Part shown: in pieces, positions 28,185 to 34,409 of the stretch
Layout: each line of letters begins with the position of its first letter
How positions within the stretch are numbered: position 1 is the stretch's first letter
Program-made: the position numbers and the translations under genes
The notes under the pieces: model-generated
Told to the model about the DNA's origin: nothing
Seen by the model: the letters and a program-made list of their open reading frames with translations, nothing else
Database searches by the model: none
DNA from: a virus
Taxonomy: Duplodnaviria > Heunggongvirae > Uroviricota > Caudoviricetes
Length of the DNA stretch: 41,402 nt
IMG/VR virus record: IMGVR_UViG_3300036982_001423
Direction: 5' to 3' (one strand)

Positions 28185-28469
28185 TTGACACTATCCAAAG
28201 AAGAATTAATTGAACGCACTAAAAACTGGGGTAGCACGGTAAACCCGGATGGAACGAAAACCATCCATCTCAAATTATGTTTTGACGGGACTGTAAGTAA
28301 CCTCTGTGAAGAAATAGAATATATCAGTGCAGCCGCAGATGTAGACGCAACAAATCCTGTAGATACGTGGGGGATACGGGAAGCCGCACGATTATATGCA
28401 GAAGGAAGAAAAGCGTGGTTGAATGGAGATTTCGAGACGGTTGCCGATTTGTTTGGGGTGTTAGTGTGA
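28185..28469 (+). CDS. Hypothetical protein
   Basis: ORF track. GGTGA RBS. Confidence 0.6.
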   Translation: MTLSKEELIERTKNWGSTVNPDGTKTIHLKLCFDGTVSNLCEEIEYISAAADVDATNPVDTWGIREAARLYAEGRKAWLNGDFETVADLFGVLV

Positions 28470-28723
28470 CAACCTGTGACAAGTGCGGCAAAGAAGTAGG
28501 TAACTTATTCTGCGGTCATTGCAGAGCAGAAATACAAAGCCGTCATAACCTGATACCATTACTATATTTCGACAAACTATCCAAAGGCTATAGGGCAGGC
28601 TGTTCGTGCATAGAATGTCCGAGCAATGAAAATCGTATATGTATAGCCATAAACATGCGAATTGATCAAATCACGTTCCATGAATATGATGGAGATAATT
28701 GTATCAAGCAGGTGTGCGGATGA
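28466..28723 (+). CDS. Cys-rich Zn-finger protein
   Basis: CDKCG...CGHC...CSCIECP. GTGA overlap. Confidence 0.6.
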   Translation: MTTCDKCGKEVGNLFCGHCRAEIQSRHNLIPLLYFDKLSKGYRAGCSCIECPSNENRICIAINMRIDQITFHEYDGDNCIKQVCG

Positions 28724-28941
28724 TAATCACGAAAAAAGGACAGTTAGTGATATGGCTGACGCAAGAGATTGAAGATGCTCACGATGCAGAGACATTTTCA
28801 AGAAATGGTGAAAGCACGGATTTCGACAGTGGGCTTTTTGCTGGTAGAGAAGAAATGGCGAAAGAGATATTAAAAGTTATAATGAACGACTGTAAATTCC
28901 GAAGATTACCTACGGGCAAGATCGAACCGCTAGTGCCATGA
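28699..28941 (+). CDS. Hypothetical protein
   Basis: ORF track. Confidence 0.55.
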   Translation: MYQAGVRMIITKKGQLVIWLTQEIEDAHDAETFSRNGESTDFDSGLFAGREEMAKEILKVIMNDCKFRRLPTGKIEPLVP

Positions 28942-29315
28942 AGTTATCAGATGAAGCCAAGAAACAGAAGTTACTGTTCCACGTAAGTAGATGGCATATA
29001 ACTGTAGAAAAACTGCCGTATGCACAGGTACAGAAAAAAGCCATTAAACGCTATAATACACATCTTTTCAATACGGGACAGTTCGATAAACCGAAAGCAA
29101 ACACTACTAGAGATCGTGAGTTTCTGGATCGCATATCGGTCAATTATATACGACACAACTTGACCAATTACGACAAAATGCTGGATAGGGTATGTAAGAA
29201 AATGGTTTCAATAGATGTATATGTATTACTGAACCAGAAAATCTATCAGACTATTGGTGAAACATATCTCAACCTCAAGGATGAATGTGATAGACAAATG
29301 GAGAGTAAGAAATGA
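28938..29315 (+). CDS. Phage-type hypothetical protein (VNYIRHNLTNYD motif)
   Basis: Pattern I recognise from uncharacterised viral proteins. C-terminal ECDRQ. Confidence 0.75.
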   Translation: MKLSDEAKKQKLLFHVSRWHITVEKLPYAQVQKKAIKRYNTHLFNTGQFDKPKANTTRDREFLDRISVNYIRHNLTNYDKMLDRVCKKMVSIDVYVLLNQKIYQTIGETYLNLKDECDRQMESKK

Positions 29316-29483
29316 CGTTCAAACAATTAGTCCCGGTAGGGTCAATAACAGGCGACCCGATAGGTATGCGTAGATATATGGTAGTTGACCCACAGAACTC
29401 CAGCACATCAGCCGCAGAGACTATCTGTATTTCACAGGATGGATCAACACCTACCCCACAACCTTTTTCTGTATATACAATCA
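29312..29483 (+). pseudogene. Small ORF whose last codons are displaced by the IS insertion
   Basis: Removing 29484..30791 joins ...VYTI to NKQTECP-stop in frame. Confidence 0.4.
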
Positions 29484-29650
29484 GTGAACTACCCCGTCCT
29501 AAAGAACGGGGCTTCTTGCTTCATACCCCGGTATGCGTACCGCAAGTCCACAAGCTCGACGGGTAGTTCCTACCCTAATAGTTGGTAACAGGTTTTGTCC
29601 CTGTAATGCCATTTTCTTAATATTAATTGCTGCATTAATATCTCTATCGT
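29465..29650 (-). ncRNA. Predicted TnpB omega/reRNA with flank-derived guide starting TGATTGTATATACAGAAA
   Basis: TnpB reRNAs are known to overlap the tnpB 3' end and right end. The 5' boundary here is approximate. Confidence 0.6.
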
Positions 29651-30791
29651 GAGTTGTACTGCAACTGGTACAAGTCCACACACGGTCTTTTAATATCAGG
29701 TCATGATTGATCGTTCCACAAACAGAACACATTTTACTGGACGGTTCAAACTGCCCGATTTTCAGGAGAGTTTTACCATGTTCAATACATTTGTATTCTA
29801 ATTGTCGGAAAAACTCTGACCAACCAACATCTGATATTGACCGGGCAAGACAATGGTTTTTCAGCATCCCGGAAACGTTCAGAGTTTCTACTGCAATAGC
29901 TTGGTTCTCGCTCACGTATTTAGAAGTGTGTTGATGCAAGAAATCTGAACGTTGATTTGCAATCTGTTCGTGCAATACTGCTACTTTACAAATTGCTTTA
30001 TGACGGTTCTTTGAACCTTTTACTTTACGGGATACTAACTGTTGTAAATGTTTTAACCGAGCTAATGAGTTTTTTAAGTATCGAGGATTATCTTTTTTCT
30101 CTCCATCAGAAGTTATTAAAAAACTCGTCAGTCCGACATCAATCCCAATAGTATTTTTACTATTGAACGGTGCAGGTTCCGGTTCTTTTGAACCATCATC
30201 TACCAACACTGATATGTAATATTTGCCAGTACTTGTCGCAGATACTGTTGCTGTTTTTAGCAGACCTTCAAAAGTACGGTGTAATATTGTTTTAACCACT
30301 CCTATTTTGGGTAGTTTAACTTTGTTTTTGCCAGTTAAGACCTCATAATGCTGCGGGATTTGAAATGATTGTACCGGGTTCTTTTTTGATTTGAACTTTG
30401 GAAAATCTGCTTTCTTACGGAAGAAGTTTTTAAACGCCGTTTCGACATTACGATTTACAGTTTGTAATGACTGTGAGTTTGTTTCACTCATCCATTCAAA
30501 CTCATTCTTCAATCCCGGTAACATCATATTCAAGTCATACATACTCAACGACTTGTTTTCTGACTGATATGCTTTAATCTTCTGTTCTAATGACCAGTTA
30601 TACAAAAAACGACACGTACCGATATGTTGCCAGATCTGTTTGACCTGTTCCTTGTTAGGATACATTCGATACTTATACGCTTTAAGCATGTTATTTAGTA
30701 ATTGTCATAATATGTATTAAAGATTTCTGTTGGTAGGTTGCGGAGCAATTCATCCCCTGCCTAAAGATAGGGGTTTTCTTGCGCCCTCTTG
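29484..30791 (-). mobile_element. Non-autonomous IS200/IS605-family (IS1341-like, tnpB-only) element
   Basis: Subterminal hairpins cccctgcctaaagatagggg (30754..30773) and ccccgtcctaaagaacgggg (29492..29511). Right end reads ...GTAGTTCAC on the minus strand. Putative TAM TTTAT precedes the left end. No tnpA present. Confidence 0.85.
29499..30689 (-). CDS. tnpB: TnpB RNA-guided endonuclease
   Basis: MLKAYKYRMYP HTH. RuvC residues IGIDVG, VETL and HDRDINAAINI intact. CSVC/CTSC Zn finger. Confidence 0.97.
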   Translation of the reverse strand: MLKAYKYRMYPNKEQVKQIWQHIGTCRFLYNWSLEQKIKAYQSENKSLSMYDLNMMLPGLKNEFEWMSETNSQSLQTVNRNVETAFKNFFRKKADFPKFKSKKNPVQSFQIPQHYEVLTGKNKVKLPKIGVVKTILHRTFEGLLKTATVSATSTGKYYISVLVDDGSKEPEPAPFNSKNTIGIDVGLTSFLITSDGEKKDNPRYLKNSLARLKHLQQLVSRKVKGSKNRHKAICKVAVLHEQIANQRSDFLHQHTSKYVSENQAIAVETLNVSGMLKNHCLARSISDVGWSEFFRQLEYKCIEHGKTLLKIGQFEPSSKMCSVCGTINHDLILKDRVWTCTSCSTTHDRDINAAINIKKMALQGQNLLPTIRVGTTRRACGLAVRIPGYEARSPVL

Positions 30792-30804
30792 ATAAACAAA
30801 CCGA

Positions 30805-30875
30805 GTGCCCATAGGCTAATAGTAGACTAATCTCCCGATACGGGATTGACAACGGGGCAGTACCGTTTGGGCACA
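30805..30875 (+). tRNA. Atypical tRNA-like RNA, anticodon GAT (Ile-like), T-loop GGCAGTA
   Basis: Acceptor GTGCCCA/TGGGCAC + A73. Anticodon stem ATCTC/GGGAT with loop CCGATAC. T-stem AACGG/CCGTT. D-loop lacks GG. Confidence 0.65.
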
Positions 30876-30878
30876 TCC

Positions 30879-30949
30879 GCACTCTTGGTATAGTGGCATT
30901 ATTTCAGCCTTCCACGCTGACGACAGGGGTTCAATCCCCCTAGAGTGCA
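30879..30949 (+). tRNA. trnG: tRNA-Gly(TCC)
   Basis: Full cloverleaf: GCACTCT/AGAGTGC, TCAGC-CT-TCC-AC-GCTGA, AGGGG-TTCAATC-CCCCT. A73 discriminator, no encoded CCA. Confidence 0.95.
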
Positions 30950-30978
30950 TAATATAATAAGTTCTACATAAAAAAATC

Positions 30979-30986
30979 TATAAATA
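30979..30986 (+). promoter_or_regulatory. TATA box upstream of vWA gene (probably leaderless)
   Basis: TATAAATA preceded by an A-tract, 22 nt upstream of ATG 31009. Confidence 0.5.
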
Positions 30987-31008
30987 TAAATAACGTTAAT
31001 AGATACAT

Positions 31009-31785
31009 ATGCCAGCAAAGAAAGGCGTTAAGAAAACCAAACCGAAAACAAAATCGGTTAAAAAGGTTGAGAAGAAAGAGAAAGTTACGAAATCTGCTGT
31101 AACGGAGATCGTCTGTATTATCGACAGGTCAGGCTCGATGGACAGTATCAAAATGGATGCTATAGGTGGGTTCAACAACTTCTTAGCAGACCAGAAGAAA
31201 GAGAAAGGCAAGGCGATAATGACTATCGCACTGTTCGACAACGAATATATCTTAATGTGTTCTGGAAAACCATTAGGGGATGTAGAACCGTTCAATGAAA
31301 ACACCTATGTCCCACGCGGTTCAACGGCATTATTGGATGCAGTCGGTAGAACAATTAACGAAACAAACCAGCGCAACCCTGAGAAAGCGATCATCGTAGT
31401 GCTTACGGACGGGCATGAGAATTCCAGTCACGAGTTCACTAAACAAGCGATTAAGAAAATGATCGCAGATTGTGAAGCGAAAGGCTGGGTAGTAGTTTAC
31501 CTATCCGCAGATGCAAATGCGTTTGAAGATGGCAGAACTGTAGGTGTAGGGATCAATAACATCATGTCCTTCTCGGCAGATCAGCGTGGTGCTAATATCG
31601 GTACTATGTCAGCCTCGTATGCAACGTCAGATTATAGACAGAAGGGTGCACGGGGTATGTCTTCGATGGCACAATATTCATGTCGAGCTAGCAACCAGTA
31701 TGATGCAACGCATGGTCAAAAATCCCACTCCAACGGGTTTTTCAGTTCATCAGGATCAACAACAAAAAAGAAACATTTCTTTTAA
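31009..31785 (+). CDS. von Willebrand factor A domain protein with Lys-rich N-terminal extension
   Basis: MIDAS IDRSGSM, GSTALLDAVG and VLTDGHENSS. Confidence 0.92.
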   Translation: MPAKKGVKKTKPKTKSVKKVEKKEKVTKSAVTEIVCIIDRSGSMDSIKMDAIGGFNNFLADQKKEKGKAIMTIALFDNEYILMCSGKPLGDVEPFNENTYVPRGSTALLDAVGRTINETNQRNPEKAIIVVLTDGHENSSHEFTKQAIKKMIADCEAKGWVVVYLSADANAFEDGRTVGVGINNIMSFSADQRGANIGTMSASYATSDYRQKGARGMSSMAQYSCRASNQYDATHGQKSHSNGFFSSSGSTTKKKHFF

Positions 31786-31849
31786 ATTTTTAACGACTGA
31801 ACTATGATGGTTAAGTATAAATAATATTAAAAATTGCGATATACTTGTT

Positions 31850-32488
31850 TCATATCTTTTTAATACGGTCTTCCCAATACACGACAAGTATAGAAGAAAT
31901 CCGTGGGATATGCACGGTATATGGTATTAATCGAAGATATTTTCCTAACCACGAAGCATCTTGAATTAATAATCGTATACCGATAGCGGCAGATAATAAC
32001 ACAATTCCGGCAACGAATACTTTAGTTGAGCCGATAGGTTCACCGTAGATTAACATATCATTCGTCGCAGAAATTATCCCGAAACACCAAGATTGTGTAC
32101 AGAACGGCGCAAAATAAGCGTAGGACGGATTATATACGAAAGCATCTTCGACTAGATGTGCAAAAAATCCTACTGATACGCAGAGAATTGCATCATAAAT
32201 GTGTATTTCTCGCATATACTTAGAGATAATCCAACCTAGTCCAACTGAAACTACGAGCATTACGAATATAGTATGAAAATCTCCGTGATAAACGGTAGCA
32301 TTCACTCGAAACAAGTCACGCTGTAAATATTCGATAATATAATCAATATCAGGAATTAAACAAGCAAACCATATAATCCAGACGGGGTTACGAAACGTAT
32401 ATTTTTCGTATAACACCCCTGCAAATACGCATAACGCGAGAGTATAAATAGCATGCTCTAAAATCAAAAAATCACCGTAGGGCTTCAA
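31850..32488 (-). CDS. YdjM-like membrane metal-dependent hydrolase
   Basis: EHAI, LIPDID, HGDFHT and AHLVED metal-ligand motifs within TM segments. Confidence 0.75.
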   Translation of the reverse strand: MKPYGDFLILEHAIYTLALCVFAGVLYEKYTFRNPVWIIWFACLIPDIDYIIEYLQRDLFRVNATVYHGDFHTIFVMLVVSVGLGWIISKYMREIHIYDAILCVSVGFFAHLVEDAFVYNPSYAYFAPFCTQSWCFGIISATNDMLIYGEPIGSTKVFVAGIVLLSAAIGIRLLIQDASWLGKYLRLIPYTVHIPRISSILVVYWEDRIKKI

Positions 32489-32687
32489 TATCAGTATTCG
32501 TATACCCGAAATACTTTGCGGCGCAACCTAATACTAATATAGCAGTCCCAGCAAACACAAATATCGTTAAGAAACGTATGATATTGTCGGTATCTGTAGA
32601 TAAATACCAGAATTTATAGTATAAAGCAATACTAATAATCAAAAACCCGATTGTAACGAAAATTGAACCAAAATCCACTTTTCCCAT
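32472..32687 (-). CDS. Small two-TM membrane protein
   Basis: Two hydrophobic segments. AT-rich promoter-like region upstream. Confidence 0.55.
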   Translation of the reverse strand: MGKVDFGSIFVTIGFLIISIALYYKFWYLSTDTDNIIRFLTIFVFAGTAILVLGCAAKYFGYTNTDIEALR

Positions 32688-32720
32688 ATAATTAAGTAGG
32701 TTACAGCCCTATAAATAAAT

Positions 32721-33113
32721 ATGTCAAAATACGGAAATGAAAAGATGGTTATTGATGATATAACGTTCGATTCTAAAAAAGAAGCAAACCGCTACACATA
32801 CCTGAAATTACTGCAACGTGCGCAAGAAATCCAATCGTTCAAACACCATGTAAAATATGTATTACAAGAAGCGTTCGAGAACTCGCAAGGGGTACATCGT
32901 GCAGCGATTACATATACCCCGGATTTCTTAATTACGGGGAATGATTGGAAACTTTACGCAGAAGATGTGAAAGGTAGCAGGGCGATAATGACGCCGTTAT
33001 TCTCGATTAAACAGAAACTGTTTGAGAAACGGTATCCTGAAATACCATTGAAGATATTAGAATATAAAAATAAACGGTGGGTAGAGATCACGAAAAATAA
33101 GCAAAACCTTTAA
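32721..33113 (+). CDS. DUF1064-family PD-(D/E)XK nuclease
   Basis: SKYGN.K...ITFDSKKEANRY, YTPDF and EDVKG. Confidence 0.88.
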   Translation: MSKYGNEKMVIDDITFDSKKEANRYTYLKLLQRAQEIQSFKHHVKYVLQEAFENSQGVHRAAITYTPDFLITGNDWKLYAEDVKGSRAIMTPLFSIKQKLFEKRYPEIPLKILEYKNKRWVEITKNKQNL

Positions 33114-33300
33114 GTTATCATAGATACAACCAATAACTATGCAAGAACAGAACGGATTGCAAAACAAGTATCGCAATATGACTAGTTCAGAGACAACCCT
33201 TAAAAATACGCATATGGCGGTAGGAGTAGGGATCATTTTCGGCTGCGGCGTGATCTGCGGCTGGATTTTAGTGCTATGGGGTATACTTTACGTCTAACTG

Positions 33301-33564
33301 ATGACACTAGAGATAACTAAATCGTCAATTATCGAGGGGATCTACGTAGGTAAGGAGATCCTCTTCTTCTTTATAGGATTGTTTACACTAGTCCTAATAC
33401 CATTTTTACATGCAGAACCAATTTCGATTTTACAAACCAGTATCATTGGGGCTGCATTATTTCTTGAAGGTCTTTCAAGCATGCTGGAAATGGGATATAA
33501 TTTCATAACAGATCATATCAAACCGTGGTATGAAAACCAGAAAAGGAAAAGAAAATTAATCTAA
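33301..33564 (+). CDS. Two-TM membrane protein
   Basis: Hydrophobic segments and basic C-terminus. Confidence 0.6.
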   Translation: MTLEITKSSIIEGIYVGKEILFFFIGLFTLVLIPFLHAEPISILQTSIIGAALFLEGLSSMLEMGYNFITDHIKPWYENQKRKRKLI

Positions 33565-33885
33565 AACACGTTCAATATTCTGTACACGAGTTCTATCCCG
33601 AACTTCAGCTCTTTTCCCCTGATTGTATGATTGTATGTTCCCCAAGTATCCTGTGACTCTTGAGAGCTGGAAAACATCATGCGAAAAACAACCCTCTACT
33701 GGGCATATTGGCTGACCACAATCAGGGCAATATTTTAATCCAGAAACCATATTATGAGAACAGTGAATATTATCTAATTTACACATTGGAGCGAGATGTG
33801 GCTCTCCACATTGGGGGCATTTATTATCTATAAGTTGATTATCGTTCAACACCGTATAACACGTATGACATTTCCACCGTTTCAT
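33556..33885 (-). CDS. Stand-alone Zn-ribbon plus NrdD-type glycyl-radical C-terminal domain (start may lie further upstream)
   Basis: Several CxxC motifs, then SHDVFQLSRVTGYL...NQGKRAEVRDR, matching the class III RNR C-terminus. No catalytic barrel. Confidence 0.8.
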   Translation of the reverse strand: MKRWKCHTCYTVLNDNQLIDNKCPQCGEPHLAPMCKLDNIHCSHNMVSGLKYCPDCGQPICPVEGCFSHDVFQLSRVTGYLGNIQSYNQGKRAEVRDRTRVQNIERVLD

Positions 33886-34362
33886 TTCAACAGGTTTTTC
33901 CGTTATAATCGGTTTACATAAAAGAGGTTGTTCAACAATCATTCCAGATACTTGATTTGTAGTTCCTAAAGCAATACTTTCACATTCAGACAAAAAAACC
34001 ACCTGCGGGCAGATACAACATATAGTGCTGGATAGTAATAAACTTTGGGAACTCCTATACAGGCGTGAAACTTTCTGTATATACACTCACGCAACCGTTC
34101 GGTCAGAAACATATATCAATCCAAAACAACCCAGAACCAAATGCATATAAATCAGGGAGGCGTAATAGTAACTTGTCTCAAGTATCCTCAACTTGGGACG
34201 CTCGCAACTCGAACAAGCATGTAACACCATTAAGCAATCTCTACAACAACCCTCGTCCATAATATCGCAAATGGCAAATTTGTGAACAGGTGTGTAGGAA
34301 GCCTCCTCTCTCTGCACATCCCAATTTTTCGTTTTTGTAAATCCCGTCAGAACAGAGGAATC

Positions 34363-34393
34363 TATATATAGATTAACGGCGTTATTACTATTA
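34363..34393 (+). promoter_or_regulatory. Putative late promoter 1: TATATATA + 11 nt + TTATTACTATTA
   Basis: Same layout at 39782 and 40585. The TATA lies inside the perfect palindrome aatctatatatagatt (34359..34374). Confidence 0.65.
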
Positions 34394-34409
34394 TTCAGAT
34401 GGGTGTATT

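Noticed and set aside
1-29300. Stop-codon reassignment explaining the many short ORFs
   Set aside because: Known enzymes translate intact in the standard code. Short ORFs have their own RBS and stop-start overlaps.
30879-30949. tRNA-Gly as a prophage attachment site or host boundary
   Set aside because: No duplicated tRNA 3' end and no integrase were seen, and virus-like genes continue on both sides.
34072-34089. Lethal self-targeting by TnpB
   Set aside because: No TTTAT TAM at this site, and the mismatch is in the seed.
34359-34374. Perfect 16-bp palindrome as a separate operator or origin
   Set aside because: Its symmetry arises largely from the TATATATA box of the promoter already described, and the other two promoters lack it.
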